NCBI RefSeq assembly: GCF_006345805.1
Contig: NC_042997.1
Location: 179,924,001-179,988,000, forward strand
Length of the DNA: 64,000 nt
Direction of reading: 5' to 3'
Source of the DNA: Octopus sinensis
Taxonomy: Eukaryota
Positions 39,760-54,292 of the stretch are shown here, piece by piece. A model generated the notes under the pieces. That model saw only the letters and a list, made by a program, of their open reading frames with translations. It was not told the DNA's origin and searched no databases. Within the stretch, counting starts at the first letter, position 1, and each line of letters begins with the position of its first letter. The translations under genes and the position numbers were made by a program.

Positions 39760-40008
39760 TGTATGTATGTATGTGTGTGTATATGTGTGTGTGTTTGTGT
39801 TTGTACCCCCCCCCCCCGCAACATCGCTTGACAACCGATGCTTGTGTGTTTATGTCCCCGTAACTTAGCGGTTCGGCAAAAGAGAACGATAGAATGAGTA
39901 CTAGGCTTACAAAGAGTAAGTCCTGGGGTCGATTTGCGCCACTAAAAGCGGTGCTGCAGCATGGCCACAGTCACATGACTGAAACAAGTAGAAAAAATAA
40001 AAGAGTAT
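39523..40008 (+). mobile_element. SINE family B with tandemly duplicated head start
   Basis: GCGTAGGAGTG(A/G)CT(G/C)TGTGGTAAGTAGCTTGCT twice, B box GGGTTCAGTCCC, internal microsatellite, conserved 3' half. Confidence 0.85.
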
Positions 40009-41256
40009 TAGTGAACTAAATACAAGATTAGCTCTCGGCTAACAGAAACTATCCTGAAGAATGGAATTACAATAGTCAGCACTTCCTTCAAACTTACTAT
40101 TAGATACTTACATTTTATTTATAATCGCTGTGTGCAATAAACTAGTAATAAACTATGTATCATCCTACAAAATACAAATGCCAAGGGCAAAGAAGTAGCG
40201 CACAAGATATGTTGAATTTTATAGTTTTATATGTCTCTCAACGTACGATTCAAATAATACATTGAATAAAATAATAACAAAGGTATAAAACATGGCGCAT
40301 TGAATTAATTTAGCACTTCATCATGACAATTTATTGCATTAATATTTTTAATTTCAACAATGTTAAAGTCCTTTGTTTTGATAGAAATATATTAAAATTA
40401 TTTTAATTAGGCCTGTTTGCTTTTTGTACTTAGTGTACCCTATATGAAACGAAAATTTTTTTTGAATAATGAAGGTTGTTTGAAATGTTCACTAACCCTT
40501 TCTCGTCAAACAAGAGATTCATCATTGCATAAGCGTTTAGCTTTCTCCTATGCAACCGCCTCGAAGCCAAATTGTTTTCAAATACAAATCTTTGTGCTAG
40601 GATGACATTAGACAAATCTTTCTAACAATATTTAATCAAAATATTGTTAAGCTAAAATCAAGCAATATTTGTTAATCAATTCACTCTACCGAAAGCGATG
40701 TTTTCATACTTGGAACAATTTAATATTGTCTCAACAACAAAGAACTGCACTAAAGAAATTAGGCACGCAATTCTCTTTGATTTTTAGCATGATCTGATGT
40801 GTATAGAGTTGTGTTTATTAATAGCATTTTCAGACAACGACTAGTTTGATAACATTTCTACCTCTCCTTATACTAAACAATAAAATAAAATAAATCATGT
40901 AGCAAAAACTAGTGAAATACCGGAATTTGAATTTCAAGGTTTTATAATATCTTCCTGAGTGAGGTGCTCATATTAAGGATTATAATGTCGTCATCCAGGC
41001 CAGCGTTGTTGCAAGTAGACAGTGGATGGTACATTTAGAGTCATAATTATTTAAGTTAAATGAAACATGTGGAATAACAGGGATAATGATTGACATCTCT
41101 GAAGTATTATGAAAAGCAACAAAATGAAATAACAGCTGAGAATTAAGCACTCATGAAATTAAGATTGCAATAATTCCATTTTAATAATAAATTTGAACGT
41201 GATTCATATTTCTCTAGCATGATGTATAAAAATGAAAAATGAGGACATGGGAAAGG

Positions 41257-41323
<67 letters not shown>

Positions 41324-41439
41324 TAGGGAAGAATCACAATGTAGAAATTCAACATTTACCTAGAACTAAATAATGTACACAGTAATAAATAAATAGTATA
41401 TAATTAGTAAATAGCCAATATATATATATATATATATTG

Positions 41440-42486
41440 TGGTTGTCTACTCCTTATGCAGAGTCTGACCATCTCTTGTACATGACATTCATCATAGCGT
41501 CTGATATGGATTTTTAATCCAGACAAGACACTCACATCGATTGCATTTCCGATTTGAACAAATAAGAGCGGCATTTAAGTTCTGATCTTTGTTGATCTTA
41601 ATGACTTTTCAGGCCTTCGTTGGAATTGCAGAACTTATGGTATACAAAGGATTGAAAGATATGAACAGATATACAGGCAGAATAGTTGATGGAGGTTCGT
41701 TTTTTATGGGTCCCCAAATGCGATTTGAGCCCAGCAGAAGAAAGGCACGGTCTGTCACAAACTGCGCACACAAAAAGTTAATTGTGATTCACCTTCACGA
41801 TCACAACATTCTTCTATAAATCTCTCTTGAGTCTTGCATGTGCTATGCTGGCATCCTCAGACGCTGTCATTCCACTCCACAATTTTGTTAGCCATTCAGC
41901 CCGATCCGAAGCAAGTGTTCCTATGACTTTTGTATCCATTCCAAATGATATCATGGTAATCTTTATGCGGCCCATAAACCACTGTTTTAGGTTTACACCA
42001 ATTGCATTTTTCCTCTGCAAGCTCGCCACAAAACAACTGTTTGGGTATGCGTTCATCCGCCATTCGTAAAATATGACCAGACTATCTCATTTGATTTTTC
42101 AGAAAGATTGATTAAATTGAAGTAATGATGCCTGCAGAAACAAAGACATCTGTGTCTGGAGAAAAAAGACCAATCTAACCCTTAAAATGCGGCGGCAGCA
42201 TTTTTTGTGGGAATAGTTTTAACTATTTGAAGTGACTTTCATAACGCGTCCATGTTTCTGAAGAACACAGCAGGGATGGTAAGACAGACGATTTGTAAAC
42301 AGCCAATTTTATTTTGTTATTTATATGTCGTTGGCGTCAAACACGTGACTCCAAACCACCAATTGCTTCTGCTACCCCTTGAATTCGCCGATGTATTTTG
42401 AGTGTCCAAATTTCTATCATTTTCTACAGAGCTTCCACGGTAATTGAAAGAGACAGTAATCTCAAGTAACTTACCTTTAACAAACA
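41440..42486 (-). pseudogene. RTE-clade LINE, 5'-truncated
   Basis: Minus translation FNYRGS...KLAVYKSSVLPSLLCSSETWT...QMR*SGHILRMADERIPKQLFCGEL...LASDRAEW...FVCAVCDRPC...GLKSHLGTH, then a 3' UTR ending at (TA)n. Confidence 0.88.
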
Positions 42487-42514
42487 TTTTATGCATATAT
42501 ACTTCTACATTTAT

Positions 42515-42690
42515 GTATATATGTATTCTTATTTTCTCTCTGTTTATTTCATCGTGTTCCCTTTGGTTGAAGAGCCCAGGCTCGAAACGTAAAAGACTTT
42601 ATCACCTTCCCGAGCGTCAATGTAATACACCTGCTTGTTGTTATACACCTGTCTTCGTCTTTTGTTTTTTCTGTAAATTTCAACTATATA
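42515..42690 (+). mobile_element. Penelope-type terminal fragment with minimal HHR-like motif
   Basis: TTGAA-GAGC ccag GCTC-GAAACGTA; homologous to 14160-14330; followed by (TA)n. Confidence 0.5.
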
Positions 42691-42708
42691 TATATGTATA
42701 TATACGTA

Positions 42709-42853
<145 letters not shown>

Positions 42854-42898
42854 CATATATATATACATATATATGTATGTATGTATGTATATATATAT

Positions 42899-42945
<47 letters not shown>

Positions 42946-43379
42946 ATACTTATACATCTACAATGCAGTGATTTGATATATATTATCGGCTAATGTTCAT
43001 GAAATCAAATCGAAGCAAATAATTTGTCTAAAATTCAGTTTGAATATTCTGAATGCTTCGGTCGCGACACCAGCGAAATTTTGAGTGAATTCAATTTGAA
43101 GTAATTTGAAGTAAAGAAACAAACGCATTAACTACGAAATCCAATGAAATTTTGAAATTTTGATCGTATTACATACTACAGGTCATAGCATACGTATTCT
43201 ATGTGCTTGGGGAGTATAGAGATAAAATATTAAGGTTTAGTATTCATGGAGACGAGGGGAAAGCCATCAATCCGAATGGAAGTATTTGTATAAATACAAA
43301 CAATATATATATATATATATATATATGGGGGGGGGTGTATACGCATATATGTATGTATATATGTGTATATATGTCTTTA

Positions 43380-43587
43380 TTGCCTACAGAGAGAAGACAA
43401 ACAAAGATAGAGAAATTAATTCGATTACATTGACCCCACTGCATAACTAGTACTTATTTAATCGACCCCAAAGGATGAAAGGAATAATGTGACGTCATCG
43501 TAATTTGAACTCAGAACCTAACGGCAGACAAAATACCTCTAAGCATTTCGACCGGCGTGCTAACGATTCTGCCATCTCACCGCCCTT
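43380..43587 (-). mobile_element. SINE family A, degenerate
   Basis: AATTTGAACTCAGAAC...GGCGTGCTAACGATTCTGCC. Confidence 0.7.
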
Positions 43588-43601
43588 ATTAGTATACACA
43601 C

Positions 43602-43634
<33 letters not shown>

Positions 43635-43643
43635 CACACACTT

Positions 43644-43699
<56 letters not shown>

Positions 43700-43700
43700 A

Positions 43701-43734
<34 letters not shown>

Positions 43735-46282
43735 GCGCACACACATGTACACTCTCACATACAAATCTGTATGTACCACGTTCGCGGATATGGTTACACC
43801 CTACTTCTTCAGATGAATTCTATCACTTGATATTATCTAAAGTACAAAGATTAAATATACCTCGCCCCCGAAATAGCAACAGAACGTGCAATGTAACTCA
43901 AGTTGTTCTGTATTAGATATAGTAGTTATTATCCCCATATTCACTGTGTTACCATGCGGACTTACTTCACTGACAGATATTACTCAAAAATAAGCATACA
44001 AACTTTAATATATGTCCACTTGACGTCATGTTTATTTCTGCGTATATACAACTAGATCTGAAAATTAACTAGAACTAGAATAGTTTATAATACAGAATAG
44101 CTTATTATGCAGGATTGCCAAATGAGTTTCAGTCAATATTTTTTCAATGAAATTAACCATACAAATTCTCACTGACCAAACGAAATGTTTAGTGTAGAGA
44201 TGAGTGAAAGTCCATAACAATGCATCTTACATAGGTAATCGATGGGACACAAATAGGAAGTAGTAGGGACATCTATGTTGAACAAGTTCGTAGAGGAGGT
44301 GAATTAAGTGAATACTTAGACTTCGTTCAAGCTGCTAGAATGTAAAAGAATATCTTTTACAGATGGTTATGAATTGAAAGAATAAATGACGTGTACATGC
44401 AAAATGTTGCTCACTTTGGGATTCTGAAGCATCAGCCTTCCATTATCCCGCGAACCACTATTAAATATCAGAACACAAATAGGCGTAGGGCGCGCAGCGC
44501 TCACAGAGTTCACCCCAGATATACTTTCTCAGAATACTAATATACAATTTTGGGGGTGCAAATCAATTCTTGCTGTCAATGATTTCAATCGTTTTTCAGT
44601 TTAACTGTTTAACGTGGTTTTGTTGTACATGAATGCATGCGTACCTGACTGTCTGTCGCTTGTTGTATACATACATATATGTATGTATGCATGTATGTAT
44701 GTATGCATGCATGTGTTGAAATTCATTGTATGATGTGCTACTCGCTGAATTGCTTTATTCATAACGTCAAACTTCACAGCTTCAAAGTAATGAATAACTT
44801 TTCCGAACAGCTACTTTTATTACGTACTTAGTCACACTTCCCAATCTTCTCTTATAGAAAACCTAAATGAATGTTGTTGAAAGAAACATTGTTTACATAG
44901 GTACAAAGCGTCAGATGTATAGGAAAATAGAAATTAGATTTTCTAGTTTCGATTATACCCCAGAGCATTATCGGAGAAATTATAATGAATTAACTTCAGC
45001 AGTATTAAATATTGCTGGAATAATGTCTCAAGATTTCAACACCCACTGACTATAGTTTAAATATTGATGTCATTGACACAAAGCCAACTATCTGTGACCT
45101 ATACAATGAGGTCAGTGTGAAGTTCGCACCTTTTTAAAATGCTTTACTGGCTGAATGTTCCTTTATTGAATGTGTAACTGACAATGCAACCAGATTTGTA
45201 TCGTTGTAAACATATTGACACATAACTACTACAAACCGATAAACCGACGAAAAAACCTTGGAACAGTCAATGAATCTGCTAGACATAGCAGATAAATTTT
45301 GCAGCATCACAATATGCTGTCTTGGGAAGGGAAATAATTATATAGTTGTAGATATTCGAAAAAGAATTGGATGCAAAAGGCAGGAATGCCTTTGAACATA
45401 CATTTGCTTGATCAATCAGAATTAACCTGGGGCTAAACAGCAACAGCATCAACTGGTAACATCAACTACATGCAGAGAATAGAAAGCATAGTTGCACACA
45501 TTTAAACACATTTACCTTTTGACTAAGCATACGTACAATATTCCTAATGGAGCTATAAAATCGATTAAATATATCTAGTATATTACGCATAACTATGTTA
45601 TCGATCCCATTGGGATGAAAGGCATATTCAACCCCAGAAGCATTAGAGAACGCCTTTTCTCCTTATGTATTGTCGCATTACACTGGCATTCAAAAGGAAA
45701 ATCAAAAAATCCAATTACTCACTGAAGCCCTTATATTTGAAATAGCATCGATGAATGGAAATTTGACTGTGGTCGGTTATAAACGCTACCTCCTCACGGT
45801 TCATAACACAGAATCTGGCAATGTTACCGAGTTTCTAATGATAAATATGACACATTATTTGAAACAGTATTTTCCTCAGGAAGCATGTCTATATGGAAGA
45901 GATCACTCAATGTTTGCACAGGTGATCTGAGATGTTTCCCGTCTTTTATAGCAGTAATAATTTAGGTGGTTTCGATATATCCTACAACATTCTCATAACA
46001 TTTCCTAACAAATTCTCGAAATAGAATGCTTATAATACAGTTTTTGTAGTATGAGGTTAGTAACACATTTTGTATATGTTAGGTAAGTGTTACCAGTTTA
46101 ATGAGTGTTAGCAGACATGTTTTCAAGACTTTCATTATATGTTTTGGAAACAATACAAGATTTCAAAGGATTTTTCAAAAATACAGAAAACGAGTAAGTT
46201 GTTTGAAGAAGCAGATTAAGCAGACATTGCAATAAATGGTAATGTCATACTAACAACAATAAGATATATTGCAAATGTTTGC

Positions 46283-46672
46283 TTATGGGAAGCACTCTGT
46301 CGGTTACGACGACGAGGGTTCCGGTTGATCCGAATCAACGGAACAGCCTGCTCGTGAAATTAACGTGTAAGTGGCTGAGCACTCCACAGACACGTGCACC
46401 CTTAATGTAGTTCTCGGGGATATTCAGCGTGACACAGAGAGTGACAAGGCCGGACCTTTGAAATACAGGTACAACAGAAACAGGAAGTAAGAGTGAGAGA
46501 AAGTTGTGGTGAAAGAGTACAGTAGAGATCACCACCATCCCCTGCCGGAGCCTCATGGAGCTTTAGGTATTTTCGCTCAATAAACACTCACAACGCCCTG
46601 TCTGGGAATCGAAACCGCGATCCTATGACCGCGAGTCCGCTGCCCTAACCACTGGGTCATTGCGCCTCCACT
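46283..46672 (-). mobile_element. tRNA(Arg)-like SINE family D
   Basis: Minus strand GGCGCAATGACCCAGTGGTTAGGGCAGCGGACTCGCGGTCATAGGATCGCGGTTTCGATTCCC (A box, TCG anticodon-like loop, B box), about 320-bp body; no acceptor stem. Confidence 0.8.
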
Positions 46673-47505
46673 GTTTGCTTATATCACTAATGTAAATGGG
46701 ATACTCGTTATGACATGGTTCCCAGAAAAAGTGTGTTCTGGTCTCTGTCTTTTCTCTAATTCACTAGGATGGAGCAAGGAGGAGAGAAAGCATTTATGTA
46801 TTACTAACAAGCTAGAGGCTTTCTATTGCCAATAAAAGCAACATCGGTCAATGTGTAAAAACTATGCGCTCCGTTGACGAAAGTTGAACGTATGGACAAG
46901 TGTCTTCTTTTTAAGACCAAAATGGTGACAGGACGAGTTGATGCATCACACAAATATAACAAGGCTGATGTTTCAATATAGGAGGAGATAAAAGATTCTA
47001 GCTAAGGGATATTAGTGGTAACGTTGAATCTTCACTCATTATCACTACTGTAGAACAATATGGGCGGCTAATTACTGGCCCGATGAATTTTTCAAGAACA
47101 TGAAAGTCGCGACGAACAAGCTAGATGATAAAACTAACCACGTGTTTGATTTAACCGAAGCTCCAGAATGAAAGCCAGTTACAAGGACAGTACAGAGCGA
47201 AAGCTAGAGTTGCCATACCTGCGAGAGTATGAGCTACTTGAAATATTTTTGACGAATGAGTCGAAAATCAGGAGAGAGAATATGGAGGATAAAACCAAAT
47301 ACAACAGAAGTAGACTCGAGAAGCGACTGTTTCCAGATTACGTCGCGTCTCTTTCAATAGTGAAAACAAATTGGCTCGACCTCTATGCCAGTAATCGTCG
47401 ACCTACAGACTACAAGTAATAATAATGATGACGACGACAAAAACAACAGCAACAACAGCAACATCATCATCATCATCAACAACAACAACAATAATGATAA
47501 TAGTA

Positions 47506-47842
47506 AGGGTAAAGCCCCCCTTCGGTCATGAATGACCATGGGATTGCACCTAGAAAGTTACCCTCCTAGACACAAGTCCGGGCAAGGTTGTTTATGGAAG
47601 ACCAGCAGTCGCCCATGCATACCAGCCTCCCCTCTCCACGCCACCAGTGTTATCCAAGGGAAACACAAATGTCGATACAGCTTGGCACCAGTGACATCGC
47701 AACTCATTTCTACAGCTGAGTGAACTGGAGCAACGTGAAATAAAGTGCCTTGCTCAAGAACACAACACGCAGCCCGGTCAGGGATTCGAGCTCACAACCT
47801 CACGATCGTAAGCTCGACGCTCTTACCACTGAGCCATGCGCC
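47506..47842 (-). mobile_element. SINE family C, full length
   Basis: Reverse complement of 13453-13793 with few substitutions; B box GTTCGAATCC-like. Confidence 0.88.
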
Positions 47843-47864
47843 AATAATAACAATAATAATAATA

Positions 47865-48175
47865 CAAGTAGCCGAAATGTGGTTCCTCTGAAGGATATCT
47901 GGAATAACGTTACTTTAACAGAGTAGCTCGCGATCAGGGAGCCTATTGAGTTCGAACTACATCAAGGGGCCACAGATCCGGTACTACAGATATCGGATTA
48001 GAAAAATCTGTTGCAGAAAAAAAAAGAAGCGCAAAACAGTTTCTTCAAGCCGTGCCAACCGGCAGGAGATGCTGCGGCAGATCAAGAACGAAATGGTTGG
48101 GTAATATTCATAATTTCAGTTCGATGAGATCGGAAATCCAGCCAGAAAGTTTAATGACGGTTGCTTCTTATCGGA
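47865..48175 (+). pseudogene. RTE (Rex3/Expander-like) LINE 3' coding remnant
   Basis: QVAEMWFL*RISGITL...PQIRY...LQAVPTGRRCCGRSRTKW...IQPESLMTVASYR matches AEM.FLRR..G / QLRW / PTGRRPRGRPRTRW motifs. Confidence 0.7.
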
Positions 48176-48384
48176 GTTTAAGAAACAAAGTGTCTGGGGT
48201 CTCTAAGCCCATCACGAGAAATAGTAGACGGAGAGGACAAACATACGGACAGATAGATGGACGGATGAATGGATGGATGGATGGATAATATTACACCATT
48301 CTTGTATAGTCAAAAAGGCATCGGTATTCAGTCCATAAAGACGGACTACTTGCCGATAAACGTGATGTCCGTCGTGCTAATAAT

Positions 48385-48437
<53 letters not shown>

Positions 48438-48499
48438 TGACGATGGTGATGATGATGATGATGATGATGATAAGAAGAAGAAGAAGAAGAAGAATATTA

Positions 48500-48858
48500 A
48501 CGCATCATAATTCCAAAACTGCTAAAAAATTGTATAAGCACTAGTCTAAAACAATAACTGACGGAGAAAATGTTACGATTATTTGCGATTTTCCAGTATA
48601 TCCACACAGAACCGTCAAAGCTTGATAAAAGAATTTGACAAGCTCAGAAAGTAATAAAGATTTGCAGATTGAAATCGAAAAAACCTGGCATCTCAAGACT
48701 GTTACAATACCAGTGATTGTAGGAGCACTTAGAATGACCAAAAAAGGAACGGAAAACTATTTGAGAGAATGATCCCTGGCTTACCATTCATGCAATAACT
48801 TCAAAAGATTGTTTTAACTGGTACATCACACGTATTGAGAAGAGCATTATTGCTTTGA
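48500..48858 (+). pseudogene. R4/Dong-like C-terminal remnant (internally deleted)
   Basis: IICDFPV...KEFDKLRK..DLQIEIEKTWHLKTVTIPVIVGAL...LQKIVLTGTSHVLRRAL*; preceded by (TAA)(TGA)(AGA)n. Confidence 0.8.
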
Positions 48859-49234
48859 ATTTTCTTTCCCTTTTCCCCCCATTTTCTTTGTTTTAAATTT
48901 TCCCCCCTTTAATCTTTCTTTCTTCCTTTTCTTTTCCTATCACATAAATTGAATTTGTATATAAACAATCTGGTGTGTTTATTTAAATAGCCTACCAATA
49001 CGTAGAGTGACTTTCGTTAACCTTGGTGTTGAGAAGGCACACAGCAACATATGGAAAATATAATTGAAAGAAGAAAAATTATAATAGTAAAAACAATAAT
49101 TTATTTTTCGAATTGTGTCACCAGACTAGCGGATTTAGGTGGTGGAAATTAGCAGGTTTCATTGGCTACCAGCTTTTGACTGATATGTTGCTTTACAAAC
49201 TCGAAGGGAACAAAAGCAAAGTTGAACATGAATA

Positions 49235-49665
49235 ACCGAAAGGAATGCCTATTTCTTTACTACACACAAGGGGCTAAACACAGAGGGGACAAACAAGGAC
49301 AGACAAGCGGTTTAAGTCGATTATATCGACCCCAGTGCGAAACTGGGAGACTTAATTTATCGTTCCCGAAATGATGAAAGACAAAGTCGACCTCGGCCGA
49401 ATTTGAACTCAGAGCGCAGCGGCGGACGAAATACCTATTTCTTTACTACCCACAAGGGGCTACACACAGAGGGGACAAACAAGGACAGACAAACGGATTA
49501 AGTCGATTACATCGGCCCCAGTGCGTAACAGGTGCTTAATTTATCGACCCCGAAAGGATGAAAGGCAAAGTCGACCTCGGCGGAATTTGAACTCAGAGCG
49601 TAACGGCAGACGAAGTACGGCTACACATTTCGCCCGGCGTGCTAACGTTTCTGCCAGCTCGCCGA
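49235..49665 (-). mobile_element. SINE family A, tandem multimer
   Basis: Two consecutive body-plus-tail units, head at about 49660. Confidence 0.85.
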
Positions 49666-49726
49666 AAGAAATACCGTTAATCATTTTTCCTGGCGCGTTA
49701 AAGAATATATGCCAGCTCGTCACCTC

Positions 49727-49727
49727 T

Positions 49728-49778
<51 letters not shown>

Positions 49779-49860
49779 CTGGTGGTGGTGGTGGTGGTGG
49801 CAATGTTCGTGGTGGTCATGGTACAAAGAATAATAATTGTAATAATAATGATGATAGTGG

Positions 49861-49918
<58 letters not shown>

Positions 49919-49926
49919 GGTGGTGG

Positions 49927-49990
<64 letters not shown>
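49727..49990. repeat. (GTA)n/(GTG)n/(GAT)n compound microsatellite
   Basis: Direct reading; explains the poly-H/D/M ORFs. Confidence 0.95.
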
Positions 49991-51014
49991 AAATAATAAA
50001 AGAAAGGAATAAATATATAAAATTATCTCTTCGAAATATCAATAAAATAATGCTACCAGAATCTACGAATGGATCACAGCAACAAAATCCGTGCTAAGCT
50101 CACTAGGCAACGCAACAACAATTTTTTGTCTTCTTTTTGTTATTAAATATATATGCAGACAAATTTGTACCACGCACGTGTACTGAATGTAGATCAAAGC
50201 GGAAAATGGCGGCTGCATACGTTTTCAATTTTGTAATAAATACGATTTCTAGAAGATTCGTCAAAAGGAAATATTCGTCTGACATGCCATATGATATTTC
50301 TCGATTGGTGGTTATTTCACATACAAATACACAAACTGATACACGCATTCGCGCACGTAATACACACAATCACGTAAACATCATATTTAAATCTTGTACG
50401 AGTATATCAATTTATCGATGATCGATGATCGATTGGCTCATCAATATACCAATCACATATGCTTACATGTGTAAAATATTTTGGAGAGTATTATTACATA
50501 AGCACATGTAATATATATATATATTATTACGTCTCTATGCATACTTATATATTTATGTATGTGCGTATGTATTTATGTATGTATATGTGTGTGCATGCAT
50601 GTATGTATGAATGTATGTATGTATGAAAGACGGGCTTCTTTCAGTTACCATGTAGCAAATCAACTCCTATCATTCTTAACGTATATGCACTCTTCATAAG
50701 AATACCTCCTGCGATATTTCTCCTCAGATAACATATCTTATAGACGAGCTGTTTTAAAAAAGAAACGAAAATTCGTCCAGATATATCTTATCAGGCTGGT
50801 AGATGAATCATAGTTTCTTTGGACCATTTCGATGGTGTGTACTGAAGCAAATCTCATGCTGGATTGAGTATACGAAAAGGCACCGCCGATATACAAAACG
50901 GTGAATGTATCGTTCCAGCAGAATAAAACTTCGGTATACGCAACTGAGGTAGTAATATAGACACACATTTGTATATACATACACGCATATCTATATCTAA
51001 ATCTATCTATCTAT

Positions 51015-51242
51015 TTCTTTACTACCCACAAGGGGCTAAACACAGAGGGGACAAAGAAGGACAGACAAACGGATTAAGTCGGTTACATCGATCCCAGTGC
51101 GTAACTGGTACTTATTTAATCGACCCCGAAAGAATGAAAGCCAAAGTTGACCTCGGCGGATTTTGAACTTAGAACGTAGCGGCAGACCAAATACCGATAA
51201 GCATTTCGCCCGGAGTGCTAGCGTTTCTGCCAAGTTTGCCGC
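51015..51242 (-). mobile_element. SINE family A
   Basis: Reverse complement of the family A unit. Confidence 0.8.
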
Positions 51243-51255
51243 TATAGCTATTTTT

Positions 51256-51309
<54 letters not shown>

Positions 51310-51325
51310 CATCTATCTATCCACC

Positions 51326-51421
<96 letters not shown>

Positions 51422-51426
51422 CATAT

Positions 51427-52068
51427 ATCGTGAAGTATATTTGCCACTCAAATATGGCTAACACTAAGGGCGGATGCTACTAAAGCTTGTAGCCCCAGGA
51501 GGACACCTCCTCCAACTGGCTATTGACATACTTCTTGTGCCCTATCAGTATTTGCTAAGGGAAGTCATCCTTCCCATCTTCAATCTGACGTGATACACAC
51601 GGACCCGGGTTTCTAGGTATTGACCTGTCATCAGCTTGTGACAATCACCAGTTGTCGATGCGAAGTGCTATCCCGATGCAAATATATATATATCATTTTT
51701 TCCAGTGAAGAAAAGTCACTGACATCGAAAAAGAGTAAACAAGCAATAGTAAATCTCTGCGCGAGGTATACTCAGTAGCTGCTCGTCATCGTGAAGTATA
51801 TTTGCCGCCTATTGTCACACGCTTATGACGGGTCAATACCTAGAAACCCGGGTCCGCGTTTATCACGTCAGGTAGAAGATGGGAAGGAGGATTTCCCTTT
51901 GCAAATACTGATAGGGTACAGAAAGTGTGTCAATAGCCAGTTGGAGGAGGTGTCTTCCTGGGGTTACAAGCTACAGTAGCATCCACTCTTAAGGGTTAGC
52001 GACAAATATGCTTCACGATGTCGTGCAGCTACTGTGTATACCTCGCTCAGAGATTTATTATTGCTTTG
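51427..52068. mobile_element. Unclassified 260-bp repeat family in three pieces (51427-51645 +, 51741-51806 +, 51811-52068 -)
   Basis: Diverged inverted homology between the first and last pieces; the middle piece matches the 5' end of the minus copy. Confidence 0.75.
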
Positions 52069-52101
<33 letters not shown>

Positions 52102-52512
52102 CAAATGTTTTTAACTTTATTTATACTATATAAACGAATATTCCATTCTTACCTTATTTATTTACAAATTTCCATTATCATCTCTATTTAATATATACAT
52201 TTATTACACTAATTCTATTTACCTACTCTGTCTTATCTCCAATCAACCTGCAATTCTCTCGCCTGAATGTATAAATATACAAATTATAAACAGTATAATT
52301 CAGTCCGTTATAATCAATCTATAGACACATATAAAAACCCCAAGGGCATGTTTTATTATGCTCAGATCATATGAATTTAATACTTAATTAGATTCACTGT
52401 GTATTAATTGAAACAGGTGTAAGGGTGATGTTTTATTTGTTGTTACTAATAAATAATTATTGACTTTCCAGTTTCCATTGTCTTTTTCTGTTATATGAAG
52501 ATACACTATGTA

Positions 52513-52555
<43 letters not shown>

Positions 52556-52659
52556 ATATGTTAAAGAAATTAATTCCCACAAAACATTAGGTATTCTACT
52601 AGTATCTCTTGGGATGAAACCATTCCTTCATGAGTTCATCAGAAACTCCAATTGAAATA

Positions 52660-52720
<61 letters not shown>

Positions 52721-54006
52721 CAGAGAGAGAGGGAGAGAGAGAAAGAATGAGAGAAATAGAAAGAGAGATAACAGTATGTACAAATACACACACGCATATA
52801 TTCATGTATGTGGGTATTTTTGAATGTGCTGTGCGTGTGGAAGTGCGCTTATATTAATGGGTAATGTTTTCAATATTGTAGGTATTCTTTGTTGTTAATA
52901 TGTAAATATACTGCAAATAGTACATTAATTTGAGTTACATACCTTATGTAATCGAAGGAATTTTAACGTATTCATCGCAGAAATGCCTGTGGCGTCTGAT
53001 GAAATAATAATGTAAAGTAACAAAGATTAACTTATTTCAGTTATTCCACGTGCATTTACTTCCACTGTTCTAACTAACACATATTGTATCTTCATATTCA
53101 CAAGAAATCTATATTGAACAATATAACTTAATGCTCACATTCAAAACAATTTACTGCATTACAGTTAATAATATTCTTACATGTTTACATCTATATCTCT
53201 TGAAGAACGTGAAATCTATACGATATATGCATGGATACAAACGTAAAAATCCAGACAATAGTTGTGCTTAGAGAATATTTTATTTTAAGGTGGAAGAAAG
53301 AGAAAATATCATGGAAACCAGCCATTGCATGGAATTCTAGTGTCCATACAAGTAGCCAACGGAGTGTGACAGGCATAGCTACCAGAAAAGTAAAGAGCCG
53401 AAACAGATGGCACAAAGCAACTCATCAGACATTTACAATTCTACACGTCTACCGTTCCCTGATTGTATTTTGAAGCGACTCCCAAGAAATAAAAGCCAAA
53501 TCTGGCTATCGTGACATTTGAACTCAGAACGAAACGTTTCTGAACACACCAGTCCATACTAATCGACGTTCGTATATCGGCACCAAATATCTAAATATCA
53601 CGGTTTAAGGAAGACATATATTCGAGAATACGACAGTGAACGTTACAACATAATTTCACAAATAAATTTTCACTTTCAGAGTGTATTATGTATAACGTAC
53701 CGGATGTATAGCTCCAGTAACGAAAACGAAAAAACAAAAACATGAGAATACATAAATTTCGCAAATAAAATTTCTCAAATAAACGAACGTCCTTGTGGCA
53801 TTTATAGATAAATGTTTGTTGTGAAATGAAATTTGATTAAGTATGTTTCTGTATTTGTTTCTAACAAATATACAGCAGTTCAAAAAAGCAAAAAGAAAAA
53901 CACAAAACTATTCTAATCGAAAATTTTGCTGACAAAATGTAAAGCAATCATATATGAAAATTCAATAAGTATTTTTAGTATTTTGTTCAGCCGGTTCACA
54001 TACAAA

Positions 54007-54024
54007 TGTATATATATATATAAT

Positions 54025-54057
<33 letters not shown>

Positions 54058-54097
54058 GTATGTACGTATGTATGTATGTATATATACATATATATAC

Positions 54098-54192
<95 letters not shown>

Positions 54193-54194
54193 AA

Positions 54195-54279
<85 letters not shown>

Positions 54280-54292
54280 CATACATACATAC
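54007..54292. repeat. Long (TA)n/(TACA)n microsatellite
   Basis: Direct reading; representative of many such tracts in the window. Confidence 0.95.

Noticed and set aside
47100-47420. 83-aa ORF with faint resemblance to R4 RT thumb region
   Set aside because: No unambiguous motif (no YKYLG or YADD) could be read.
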